Position numbers and translations under genes: made by a program
Notes under the pieces: model-generated
Seen by the model: the letters and a program-made list of their open reading frames with translations, nothing else
The model's database searches: none
What the model was told of the DNA's origin: nothing
Shown: positions 30,691-39,533 of the stretch, piece by piece
Layout of the letters: every line of letters starts with the position of its first letter
Numbering within the stretch: the stretch's first letter is position 1
NCBI GenBank assembly: GCA_947165365.1
Contig: CAMVAF010000002.1
Location: 4,895 to 68,894 of the forward strand
Length of the DNA: 64,000 nucleotides
Direction of reading: 5' to 3'
Origin: an uncultured Clostridia bacterium
GTDB taxonomy: Bacteria; Bacillota_I; Bacilli_A; RF39; UBA660

Positions 30691-30858
30691 ATGGGATTTT
30701 TTGATAGTGATAATGAAGAATTAGAAGAAAGAATGAATAATTTAGATCTTGAAGATTGGCAAAAAGATCTAGTAAGAGAAGGAAAGTATGATCCAGAAAA
30801 CTTCGAAGAAGATGATAGTGAAGATGAAGATGACTATTATCATGAAGATGATGAATAA
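30691..30858 (+). CDS. small highly acidic protein (55 aa)
   Basis: AAAGGAGAGAAATATG RBS and start. Sequence MGFFDSDNEELEERMNNLDLEDWQKDLVREGKYDPENFEEDDSEDEDDYYHEDDE. Not in the supplied ORF track (below the length cut-off). Confidence 0.3.
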   Translation: MGFFDSDNEELEERMNNLDLEDWQKDLVREGKYDPENFEEDDSEDEDDYYHEDDE

Positions 30859-30879
30859 TGCTTATTATTAGGTGATATT

Positions 30880-31650
30880 ATGCAAGATTTTATAAATAAA
30901 TTAAATAGTGCTTTATTATCTAGTCCTTGGTATTGGTTATTATTAATTACATGTGGCATTATTATATTTGTTGGTATTAAATATGGTGCTAAGATAATAG
31001 GTTTCTTTGGTGAACATTGGACTAAACAATCTCTTAATGTATTAGATAAAAATAAATATATTTTATTAAATGATATAATGATAGAAGTTAATGGAAAAAC
31101 ACATCAAATAGATCATATTGTATTATCTAAATATGGCATATTTGTTATTGAAACAAAACAATATAATGGTTATATCACTGGAAGTAAATATGACAAGAAG
31201 TGGGTGAGACATTTAAAAGGAAATAATGTAATTTATTATACTAATCCTATAAGACAAAATTATGGTCATGTAAAGGCTATTTGTGAATTATTAAATATAA
31301 GTGAAGATAAAGTATTTAATATAGTCTGTATACCAAGTAAGAATGTTAAATTAGATATAAAACATGATGGTGAAGTTACAACAGGTTTAACTATTAATGA
31401 TAAAATAACTTCTTATAAAGAAGAAATAATAGATAATATCGAAGAATTAAAAAATAAAATAGTTATTAACAATATTGTGGATAAAGATAAAAGAAAAGAA
31501 CATATTGAAAATATTAATGTTACTAAAAAAGAATTTAGTAATGATATTTGCCCAAAATGTGGTGGTAAATTAGTAGAAAGAAATGGTAAGTACAGTAAAT
31601 TTATTGGATGTTCTAATTATCCCAAATGTAGTTATACAAGAAAAATATAA
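30880..31650 (+). CDS. NERD (nuclease-related domain) protein with C-terminal topoisomerase-type C4 zinc ribbon
   Basis: HQIDHIVLSKYGIFVIETKQYNGYI (NERD core), C-terminal CPKCGGKLVERNGKYSKFIGCSNYPKC, N-terminal TM helix. Confidence 0.75.
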   Translation: MQDFINKLNSALLSSPWYWLLLITCGIIIFVGIKYGAKIIGFFGEHWTKQSLNVLDKNKYILLNDIMIEVNGKTHQIDHIVLSKYGIFVIETKQYNGYITGSKYDKKWVRHLKGNNVIYYTNPIRQNYGHVKAICELLNISEDKVFNIVCIPSKNVKLDIKHDGEVTTGLTINDKITSYKEEIIDNIEELKNKIVINNIVDKDKRKEHIENINVTKKEFSNDICPKCGGKLVERNGKYSKFIGCSNYPKCSYTRKI

Positions 31651-31678
31651 ATTTAATGTATAATAATGTTTAAAAGGA

Positions 31679-32128
31679 GTGAATAATATGGATGTAAAAG
31701 AAATATTAATAAAAGGAAAATTAGTATTTCCAGATGATAGAAATATTGTATTTAAAACTAAACAAGATGTTTGCGAATTATTTGGAATTAATGCTGTAAA
31801 ACGAGGATATCAAGAACAATCATTTTATAAATTGAATGAAGAAGAATGTATATGGCTTGTTAAAGATAGCATAGAATTTGAAAATGGTTATATTGATGAA
31901 TTTTATCCCGACTATATTAAAGAAATTCGTGAATATAATCAAAGAGAATTTGTATTATCAGTATTACCAAAAACAAATGAAAAAAGGTATGTCTTTTTAA
32001 AAACATCTAAAGGATATGAATTTTTTGGTACATATATGCTTGATGTTGATAGAACAAGAAAATCTTTAGAAACAGATATTCCAACGAGATATTGGAATAA
32101 GATTTCTAATGAAGTGAATTTTAAATAA
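31679..32128 (+). CDS. hypothetical protein (operonic with the NERD gene)
   Basis: 149-aa ORF 29 bp after the NERD gene stop, with an AAAAGGAG RBS. No motif recognised. Confidence 0.35.
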   Translation: MNNMDVKEILIKGKLVFPDDRNIVFKTKQDVCELFGINAVKRGYQEQSFYKLNEEECIWLVKDSIEFENGYIDEFYPDYIKEIREYNQREFVLSVLPKTNEKRYVFLKTSKGYEFFGTYMLDVDRTRKSLETDIPTRYWNKISNEVNFK

Positions 32129-32163
32129 TATACAATTTTTTATAATAAAAGTAGGTGATATAA

Positions 32164-32646
32164 ATGTATGAATTTAAAACAAATAAAATATTAAAAAAGG
32201 ATTTTGTTACTTTAAATGAAGATGATATTATGTTTATTACTAATCCAGGAAGAATGGGAGATGAAGATGGTATAACATTTATTATAAAAAAAGATAAAGA
32301 ATTAATAGTTTATCGAATAGATGGTTTGATGTATCAAAAAGAAAAAGATATTTATCTAAAAGATGTAGAAGAACAATTTCCAAAGTGGTTTGAAAGATGG
32401 AAAAATTGGAATAATGAAAATTATCAAGGTAAATGTCAATACATATATATGGGATTTGGTAATGGATTAAGTATCGATAATTCTATTTATGATGAATTTA
32501 AACCTTTTCTAGAAAAAAGAATAGAAAGTTATTTAGAAAAGTATAGTAAAGAAGAAAAAGAAAAATACCAGTTTGCGGCTGTTATGAATGTTTGGAGTAA
32601 GGCTTTAACAGATATGGCTAATGAAAAAAAATATGTACTAAAGTAG
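32164..32646 (+). CDS. hypothetical protein (operonic with the NERD gene)
   Basis: 160-aa ORF 36 bp downstream. Its GFGNGLSIDNSIYDEFKPFLEK segment is duplicated as a fragment at 33182-33250. Confidence 0.35.
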   Translation: MYEFKTNKILKKDFVTLNEDDIMFITNPGRMGDEDGITFIIKKDKELIVYRIDGLMYQKEKDIYLKDVEEQFPKWFERWKNWNNENYQGKCQYIYMGFGNGLSIDNSIYDEFKPFLEKRIESYLEKYSKEEKEKYQFAAVMNVWSKALTDMANEKKYVLK

Positions 32647-32680
32647 CATAAATAAAAAATATATGTTATAATATAATTAA

Positions 32681-32818
32681 TCTTATAAAGAGAGATGGAG
32701 GGACTAGCCCAATGAAATCTCACCAACCTATTAAATTAGGTGGTAAAGCTAGATCTATAAGGTAACATCAAGTAATAAAAATATATTTATACTTAGAGTT
32801 ATCTCTAAGTATTTTTTA
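32681..32818 (+). promoter_or_regulatory. S-box (SAM-I-like) riboswitch aptamer with an intrinsic terminator expression platform
   Basis: UCUUAUAAAGAGAGAUGGAGGGACUAGCCCAAUGAAAUCUCACCAACC matches the SAM-I core (UCUUAUCAAGAGAGG.GGAGGGACUGGCCCGAUGAA.C....CAACC). The P1 3' strand CUAUAAGG is at 32755-32762. The TATAAT -10 (32667-32672) sits right in front. The terminator hairpin acttagag-ttat-ctctaagt + T6 is at 32791-32818. Confidence 0.6.
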
Positions 32819-32858
32819 TTAATAAAAAACTTCTTTATAAGATTAGAAAGGAGGATAT

Positions 32859-33173
32859 ATGAGAACCCAATTCATTGTACAAGAATCTAATAAAACAAAA
32901 AGAGAAGAATTTTATAATTATATTAATGAAACATTTGATTTAGATATTTGTTATCCATATGATAAAGAATTATTTATTAAAAGTAATTTCCCTTTTGTTA
33001 TAGATTTTAAAGAACATAGTTTATGGATATGTGAAAGTATTACGTGTTGTGCCTGTGCAGCAATGGCAAAAATAATAATTAATATTGAAGAATTTAAAAA
33101 TCAATTAGAAAAAAACAAAATTCTTAATAAGAATATCAAAAAATATGTTAAAATAAAATTAACAAATAACTAA
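32859..33173 (+). CDS. small Cys-rich hypothetical protein downstream of the S-box leader
   Basis: AGGAGGATATATG RBS and start. CESITCCACAAMAK cysteine cluster. The last 11 codons and the stop are encoded by a 41-bp repeat also found at 30645-30685. Confidence 0.35.
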   Translation: MRTQFIVQESNKTKREEFYNYINETFDLDICYPYDKELFIKSNFPFVIDFKEHSLWICESITCCACAAMAKIIINIEEFKNQLEKNKILNKNIKKYVKIKLTNN

Positions 33174-33181
33174 AGGAGATT

Positions 33182-33364
33182 ATTATTGGATTTGGTAATG
33201 GATTAAGTATTGACAATTCTATTCATGATGAATTTAAATCTTTCCTAGATGGTATAAAACATTTTTTTAACAATACAAATTATTTAATAAATTATCGTTA
33301 TTTCCTGATGGGAGCATTTAATTGTGCTCTCATTTTTTCTAGTAATTACAAGTGTTTGCTATGA
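33182..33364 (+). pseudogene. gene fragment: truncated paralog of the 32164-32646 ORF (IGFGNGLSIDNSIHDEFKSFLDG...) without a proper start codon
   Basis: ~70 nt near-identical to 32451-32530, directly fused to the 41-bp repeat/RBS. The reading frame runs on to a TGA at 33362-33364. Confidence 0.4.
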
Positions 33365-33503
33365 TTAGTATTGCTAAATATTTTTAAGTACAGGAAAATT
33401 TAATTTTAAAAATAGTTCATTGAAGAAAGGTGTCAAAACATCAAAATTCTCAATGAGTTTTGATAATTAAACTGAAAATCTTAAATTGAACAATATTTAA
33501 TAT

Positions 33504-33543
33504 ATTGACATTGATACGGATAAATGATATAATATCCGTATCA
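33504..33543. promoter_or_regulatory. AbiEi promoter/operator: -35 TTGACA (33504-33509), 11-bp inverted repeat TTGATACGGAT...ATCCGTATCAA (33510-33520 / 33533-33543) bracketing the TATAAT -10 (33527-33532)
   Basis: Read directly. AbiEi antitoxins are known to autoregulate through inverted repeats in their promoters. Confidence 0.65.
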
Positions 33544-33563
33544 ATGAACAAAGAGGTGAATTT

Positions 33564-34190
33564 ATGGATTTTATGACTAAAGAGGAGTTTATCAATGAAA
33601 GTAATATAGAAATCATTCAAAAACTTATGGAAAGAAATAATGGATATATCACTGCAAAAGAACTTGAAGATTTTGATATAAGTAGAAATTATCTATCTAT
33701 TATGACTAAAAAAAATATGATAGAAAAAGTTGCTAAAGGAATTTATATAGATTCTGCTAAAATTGAGGATGTATATTATGTGCTTAGTGCTAGTACACCA
33801 AAAATAATTTATTCACATATGACGGCACTTTATTTTCATAATCTTTCAATTAAAGCACCAGATAGTTCTTTTGATATAACTGTTACCAAAAAATATAATA
33901 ATTCTAAGCTGAAAAAACATAATGTTTTTTATGTAGATGATAAATTTTATAATCTTGGAGTTACCGAGGTTCTAACCCCGTATGGAAATAAGGTAAAATC
34001 ATATGATATTGAAAGATGTATATGTGATATAATTCGTTCTAAAAAGAGAATGGATCTTGAGCATGTTAAGTATAGTATTAGAGAATATATAAAAAGAAAA
34101 GATAAAGATCTTATTAAACTTTCTAAATATGCTGATAAAATGGGAATAAAAAAAGAAGTAATGGATTTTGTGGAGCTATTTTATGAATAG
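33564..34190 (+). CDS. AbiEi-family antitoxin (type IV TA, transcriptional autoregulator)
   Basis: ~200 aa. N-terminal AbiEi_4-like wHTH region (ITAKELEDFDISRNYLSIMTKKNMIEKVAKGIYI), overlapping the downstream NTase gene. Confidence 0.7.
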   Translation: MDFMTKEEFINESNIEIIQKLMERNNGYITAKELEDFDISRNYLSIMTKKNMIEKVAKGIYIDSAKIEDVYYVLSASTPKIIYSHMTALYFHNLSIKAPDSSFDITVTKKYNNSKLKKHNVFYVDDKFYNLGVTEVLTPYGNKVKSYDIERCICDIIRSKKRMDLEHVKYSIREYIKRKDKDLIKLSKYADKMGIKKEVMDFVELFYE

Positions 34191-35019
34191 TATGCAAGTT
34201 AAAGACAAATTAAAAAATATAGCAATTAAGCGAAATCTTGATTTTAATATATTACTTCGTTTATATATGTATGATAGATTTATAGAAAGATTAGCTGTAA
34301 GTAAGTATCGTGATAATTTCATTTTAAAAGGTGGTTTTTATTTAAGTACACTATTTGGATTAGAAAGTCGTTCTACTAGAGATATTGATACTGCAATTAA
34401 AGATGCCAATTTCACTAAAGATAATGTTGAAAAGATGATTAAATCAATTATTTCAATAGATATAAATGATGGTGCCTTAATAAACTTTATAGAGATTGGT
34501 AATATACGTGAAGAAGATCAATATGGTGGTTTTAGAGTAATTTTAAATGTCAAAGTCGACACAATTAGAGAAAACTTTCAAATTGATATAGCCACAGGTG
34601 ATCCCATTACTCCAAAACCAATTGTGTATAAGTATCATCCAATATTAGGTGATAGCTATGTTAATGTATGGTCATATAATATTGAAACTGTTATAGCTGA
34701 AAAGTTAGAAACAATTCTAAGAAGAGCGGAAGCTAATAGTAGGATAAGAGATTATTATGATTTATATTTAATATACACAAAAGGATGGAACGATGTTAAA
34801 ATTAATAATCTACGTAAGGCTATAGATAAAACATTTGAAAAGAGAAATTATAAAGGTAATATTGAAGAAACAATAGTTATAATAAAAAACAGCAAAATAA
34901 TAAGAAGTCGATGGGATTTTTATAAGAAAAAATATGAATATGCAAATGACATAGATTATGATGAAATCATAAAATGCATTGAAGCAATAGTAAAGGTGAT
35001 AATACCTATAGTAGTATAG
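34183..35019 (+). CDS. AbiEii/AbiGii-family nucleotidyltransferase toxin (DUF1814)
   Basis: ~280 aa NTase-fold protein directly coupled to the AbiEi gene (ATGA overlap). The RDIDTAI / D.D...GDPI arrangement fits a Pol-beta-like NTase. Confidence 0.75.
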   Translation: MNSMQVKDKLKNIAIKRNLDFNILLRLYMYDRFIERLAVSKYRDNFILKGGFYLSTLFGLESRSTRDIDTAIKDANFTKDNVEKMIKSIISIDINDGALINFIEIGNIREEDQYGGFRVILNVKVDTIRENFQIDIATGDPITPKPIVYKYHPILGDSYVNVWSYNIETVIAEKLETILRRAEANSRIRDYYDLYLIYTKGWNDVKINNLRKAIDKTFEKRNYKGNIEETIVIIKNSKIIRSRWDFYKKKYEYANDIDYDEIIKCIEAIVKVIIPIVV

Positions 35020-35121
35020 GAAATTTTGTATGAGTTGTATATTTGATTTGATTAGAAAAAAAGTGAATTTAAAATTAACAATGTGAAATTGAGTAAATTT
35101 TAATTTTGGATGAGATAATGT

Positions 35122-35451
35122 GTGAAAAGGAGTAAATCTATGGATGATTTTATAACCGAAGAATTAATACAAAGTATTAAAGAATTACAAAAATTATATG
35201 ATATCGCTTATTATGAAATAAAAGAAAAAGTAGATTATATTATCAAAAATAAAATAACTAATGAATATATCATCGAACATATGTATGATGAAATAACCAA
35301 TATTCCAACAGATAAGTGTTATGAATTATTCATTTATTTCTCTAAATATGTAGCATCATTTAATATGGATATTGTTAAAGATTATATAGACATTTATAAT
35401 GAAATATATGATCCTATTGAAAAAGATAAAATATTAAAAAAAATTAAATAA
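35122..35451 (+). CDS. hypothetical small protein
   Basis: 109-aa ORF with no recognised motif. Confidence 0.3.
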   Translation: MKRSKSMDDFITEELIQSIKELQKLYDIAYYEIKEKVDYIIKNKITNEYIIEHMYDEITNIPTDKCYELFIYFSKYVASFNMDIVKDYIDIYNEIYDPIEKDKILKKIK

Positions 35452-35598
35452 AAAAATAAGTCATTTAGTGTAAAAATGACTTTTCTTTTTATTTAAGATT
35501 AGTTATAATTGTATATGATAGGAGAGTTAATAATAAAGTTAACTACCTGGAAATATTCATTTATTTTAAATCATCTTTTGAGTGTATAGGAGAATGTT

Positions 35599-37635
35599 AT
35601 GGAAGAATTAAAAAAAGAACAAGACACAAACAAAGATACAATCGAAAATGAAGAAGAAGTAATTAATAAACTTCTAGAAATAATTAAAAAAGAGAAAAAT
35701 ATCTCTGAAGTATCAAAACTCATTAATAAAAGTGAATTTGAAATACTTGGTATGCTACATACCTTAATTAAAAATGGTCAAAATATTATTGTTAAGCAAT
35801 ATGATGATGGATTTCATTTATTAAATAAAGGGGATCAAGCTAAAGATAATAAAGAAAAATATACTTTTCATACAGATAATTCTCATGAATTTAGATTTGT
35901 TGCGATATCAGATACTAGACTTGGTTCTAAATCACAACAATTATCTATTTTAAATGATATTTATAAAAAAGCAATGGAACAAGGTATTCATAATGTTATT
36001 CTTTGTGGAAATATATCTGCAGGACTTAAACCTATTACTGATACCGAATCTAATTTTATAGATGATACCCAAGCTCAAATAGATTATATTGTAGCTAATT
36101 ATCCTAAATATGAAGGTATTAAAACATACTTTATTCTAGGTAAAGAAGATACTAAACATCTTGTAATTAATGATACTAATATTGGAAAAAGAATATCCGA
36201 ACAAAGAGATGATTTAATTTATTTAGGTAATAATATATGTGATGTCACAATTGATAAAGTTAATATGCAAGTAATAAGTTCAAGACTTAATAAAACCTAT
36301 ACTATTTCTTATAGACCGCAACAAACCATTGATGCTTATCGTAGTGAAGATAAACCTGATATTTTATTATATGGTGGACTATTGCAAATGGAAAAATTTA
36401 CTTATCGAGGAGTAAATTGTATTTCAGTACCATCTATCGTAGCTACTGATAAAGAAATGAAAACCAAGAGATATGCTAATACCATAGGAGCATGGTATGT
36501 TACAGTAGAAACTGATGATAAAGGTAAATTAAAAAGTATTAATGCCATAGATTCTCCATATTATGTAAGTAATAAAGAAGATTATAAAGGAACTACTATT
36601 AATGTTTATTCATCTAATAAACAACCAATTAACTTTGATAATGCATCTATTGAAACAGCCCTAAAAACATTAAAATATGTGAAAAATGGTATGCCAATAG
36701 AAACCTTTATTGCCAAATTTAATATAAGTTATAAAGAATTACAAGGACTATTACATATTTGGGAATATTGTGGAAAGAAAATAGAACTTGTTCAAGAAGG
36801 TAGTGAAATTGTCTTTAAAAGAAATGTTCAAAAAAAATATAATTATAGTAAACCTAATTTAGATGATTTAACATGTACCGAAATATTAGTTGTTTCTGAT
36901 ACGCATTTTGGTAATATTCATAATCAGTTACATATCTTAAATGATTTATATCAAGAAGCATACAATAGAGGTATAACAACAGTTTTACATGTAGGTGATA
37001 TGACTGATGGAAATTATCCAAATAGACCAGAAAATCCAAGACAACAATTTCTTCATGGATTTGATGAACAAGTAGGATATGTTGTTGATAATTATCCTTT
37101 AATTGATGGAATGACTACTTATTATATTTTAGGAAGTCATGATGAATCCCATTATAAAAATGGTCAATCTACAGTCAATAAATGGATTAGTGAAACAAGA
37201 GATGATATGAAATATCTTGGTCAAGATAAAGGAGAAATAACTATTAATAAAGTAAAATATGTTTTAGATCATCCAGGTGGAGGTTCAGCACAATCCCTTT
37301 CATATAAACCCCAAAAAAGAATTGAGATTATTGAATCACACATGAAACCTAAAATACTACTTATTGGTCATTATCATAAAAGTTATCATTTCTTATATCG
37401 AAATATTCAATGTATTCAAGTACCAGCTTTATGTGGAAAAACCCAATTTCAACAAAAACAAGGTTTAATAAACTCTGTTGGTGGATATTTCTTAAAAGTA
37501 TGGTCTGATAAAAATGGTAATATTCAGTATATGGAACCAGAAGAAGTATTATTTGAAGAAAAAGATTTATGGGATGAATGTGGAAAAGATAAATCAAAAG
37601 TAAAAAAATTAGTTATTAATAAAGGAATATATTAA
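35599..37635 (+). CDS. 678-aa protein with an N-terminal wHTH-like segment and two tandem calcineurin-like metallophosphoesterase domains (first degenerate, second intact)
   Basis: Domain 2 has VVSDTHFG (D.H), HVGDMTDGN (GDxxD.G), GSHDE (GNH[DE]-like) and GHYHK. Domain 1 shows degenerate equivalents (ISDTRLG, LCGNIS). The internal duplication is visible by eye (VAISDTRLGSKSQQLSILNDIYKKAMEQGIHNVILCGN vs ILVVSDTHFGNIHNQLHILNDLYQEAYNRGITTVLHVGD). Confidence 0.6.
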   Translation: MEELKKEQDTNKDTIENEEEVINKLLEIIKKEKNISEVSKLINKSEFEILGMLHTLIKNGQNIIVKQYDDGFHLLNKGDQAKDNKEKYTFHTDNSHEFRFVAISDTRLGSKSQQLSILNDIYKKAMEQGIHNVILCGNISAGLKPITDTESNFIDDTQAQIDYIVANYPKYEGIKTYFILGKEDTKHLVINDTNIGKRISEQRDDLIYLGNNICDVTIDKVNMQVISSRLNKTYTISYRPQQTIDAYRSEDKPDILLYGGLLQMEKFTYRGVNCISVPSIVATDKEMKTKRYANTIGAWYVTVETDDKGKLKSINAIDSPYYVSNKEDYKGTTINVYSSNKQPINFDNASIETALKTLKYVKNGMPIETFIAKFNISYKELQGLLHIWEYCGKKIELVQEGSEIVFKRNVQKKYNYSKPNLDDLTCTEILVVSDTHFGNIHNQLHILNDLYQEAYNRGITTVLHVGDMTDGNYPNRPENPRQQFLHGFDEQVGYVVDNYPLIDGMTTYYILGSHDESHYKNGQSTVNKWISETRDDMKYLGQDKGEITINKVKYVLDHPGGGSAQSLSYKPQKRIEIIESHMKPKILLIGHYHKSYHFLYRNIQCIQVPALCGKTQFQQKQGLINSVGGYFLKVWSDKNGNIQYMEPEEVLFEEKDLWDECGKDKSKVKKLVINKGIY

Positions 37636-37638
37636 TTA

Positions 37639-37926
37639 ATGGCAACAACTAAGGATTATAAAGATTATGTATTAGAAGAATTAAATATCTTAGATAATAT
37701 TGCATATAAACCAATGATGGGAGAATATCTTCTATATTATAATAAAGTCTTATTTGGGGGAATATATGATAATAGATTATTAATAAAAAAGACTAATAGT
37801 AATCAAAAATATCATTTATCTGAAGTAGTTCCCTATGCTAATGCTAAAAAAATGTATTTATTAGATACTGATAATAAAGAATTACTTAAAGATATTATTC
37901 TAGATACATATAAAGATTTAAAATAA
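37639..37926 (+). CDS. TfoX/Sxy N-terminal domain family protein
   Basis: 95 aa. YVLEELNILDNIAYKPMMGEYLLYYNKVLFGGIYDNRLLIK fits the TfoX_N pattern. 4 bp downstream of the preceding gene. Confidence 0.55.
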   Translation: MATTKDYKDYVLEELNILDNIAYKPMMGEYLLYYNKVLFGGIYDNRLLIKKTNSNQKYHLSEVVPYANAKKMYLLDTDNKELLKDIILDTYKDLK

Positions 37927-37952
37927 AAATATACCGCGCGGTATATTTTTTT
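37925..37952. terminator. bidirectional terminator (aaaaatataccgcgcggtatattttt)
   Basis: Perfect palindrome ATACCGCGCGGTAT flanked by A and T runs between convergent genes. Marks the right island boundary. Confidence 0.7.
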
Positions 37953-38148
37953 AGTCATGAAAATCATAAAATAATAAATAAATATTAACAAGTCCAGCAA
38001 TACCAACTAAAGTATAGATAACTCTTGATAACATACTACCAGTACCAAAGATAGTATCTACAAGGTTAAAATCAAATACACCAATTAATCCCCAAACAAT
38101 AGCACCTATAATAGTTAGTACTAAACATGATTTTTGTAATGTTTGCAT
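37951..38148 (-). CDS. DUF378-like small membrane protein
   Basis: Two TM helices. The IGAIVWGLIGVF...LVGIAGLVNIY pattern is typical of DUF378. Start chosen at MQTLQKS. Confidence 0.5.
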   Translation of the reverse strand: MQTLQKSCLVLTIIGAIVWGLIGVFDFNLVDTIFGTGSMLSRVIYTLVGIAGLVNIYLLFYDFHD

Positions 38149-38245
38149 AATTCCTCCTTTTACTATTATGATAAACAAAATTTTTAAAAATATTCATGAA
38201 TAATTAAAAAAGACAATAATATAATTAAATGAAAAGTGAGGTTAT

Positions 38246-39250
38246 ATGAAAAAATATTTATTTCTATTTTTATTATTTGGATGTTTAATTTTATCAGGAT
38301 GTGGGAAGAATAATAAAGTAAATGTTGTTAATGATTTAACTAATAAAATTAATAATTTAAAAACTTATTCCCTAAATGGAAAATTAGAAGTTGTAAATAA
38401 TGATGATGTCTTTACATATCATGTTGGAGTAAACTATAAAGATAAAGATTTTTATAGGGTATCTTTAAAAAATATGGCGAATAATCATGAACAAATTATT
38501 TTAAGAAATGACGATGGGGTTTATGTTGTTACACCTTCTTTAAATAAAAGTTTTAAATTCCAAAGTGATTGGCCATATAATAATTCTGGCGCTTATATCT
38601 TAAAAAATATTGCTCAAGATATGAAAAATGATAGTGAGACAACTACTGAAGAAAAAGATGGAGAATATATTATCACAAGTAAAGTTAATTTTCCAAATAA
38701 TCCAAATTTAGTTAAACAAAAAGTAACTGTTGATAAAGAATTAAATATCAAAAAAGTTGAAATTCAAAATAATGATGGCATAAGTTTAATGACATTTACT
38801 TTAGAAGATGTTAATTATAAACCAACATTTGATGAAACATATTTTGAAATAAATAGTATTATTAATGAAAATGAAGAAACCCAAACTAAAGAAACAGAAA
38901 CAACAAGTACTATTGATGATATAATATATCCTTTATATATACCAACAGGAACTAAATTAACTGATGAAGAAAAAGTAAGTAAAACCAATGGTGAAAGAGT
39001 AATACTAACTTTTGGAGGAGAAAAACCATTTACTTTAGTTGAAGAAACCACGAATAAAGAAAGTGAATTTACTGTAGTTCCAACATATGGAGAACCATAC
39101 TTATTAATTGATACTGTAGCAGCTTTATCTAATAATTCCATAAATTGGGTAAGTAATGGTATTGAATACTATATAGTAAGTGATGTAATGAATCAAAATG
39201 AATTAATAGAAGTAGCTAAATCCGTAAATGTAATATCTGTTTTAAAATAA
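38246..39250 (+). CDS. lipoprotein (LolA-like/DUF4367-like fold suspected)
   Basis: Signal peptide with lipobox LILSGC. No catalytic motif. Confidence 0.45.
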   Translation: MKKYLFLFLLFGCLILSGCGKNNKVNVVNDLTNKINNLKTYSLNGKLEVVNNDDVFTYHVGVNYKDKDFYRVSLKNMANNHEQIILRNDDGVYVVTPSLNKSFKFQSDWPYNNSGAYILKNIAQDMKNDSETTTEEKDGEYIITSKVNFPNNPNLVKQKVTVDKELNIKKVEIQNNDGISLMTFTLEDVNYKPTFDETYFEINSIINENEETQTKETETTSTIDDIIYPLYIPTGTKLTDEEKVSKTNGERVILTFGGEKPFTLVEETTNKESEFTVVPTYGEPYLLIDTVAALSNNSINWVSNGIEYYIVSDVMNQNELIEVAKSVNVISVLK

Positions 39251-39285
39251 AAATTTATCCACAAAAAAGTGGATATTTTTTTATA
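39250..39285 (+). terminator. intrinsic terminator containing a consensus DnaA-box-like TTATCCACA, copy 1 of a 36-bp perfect direct repeat
   Basis: aaaatttatccacaaaaaagtggatatttttttata; an identical 36-mer lies at 40739-40774. Confidence 0.7.
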
Positions 39286-39533
39286 AGTATTTTGTATTGA
39301 AATAATTTTAGGTTGGAAGTGAAATGCACGTTTTTTTCGTGCAGTTAAAAAATAATATTATCTTTGCAAAAAGTAATGTGTATAAAATACTAATATCTAT
39401 TATATTAAAATTTAGCATTTATATTTTCAAATTATCAATTGAATTAACTTGTAATTCTTGTATAAAAATATTGTATATAACCTTTAAAAATGGTATAATA
39501 TAGACATATTTTAGATAAGTAGGAGGTGTCTTT

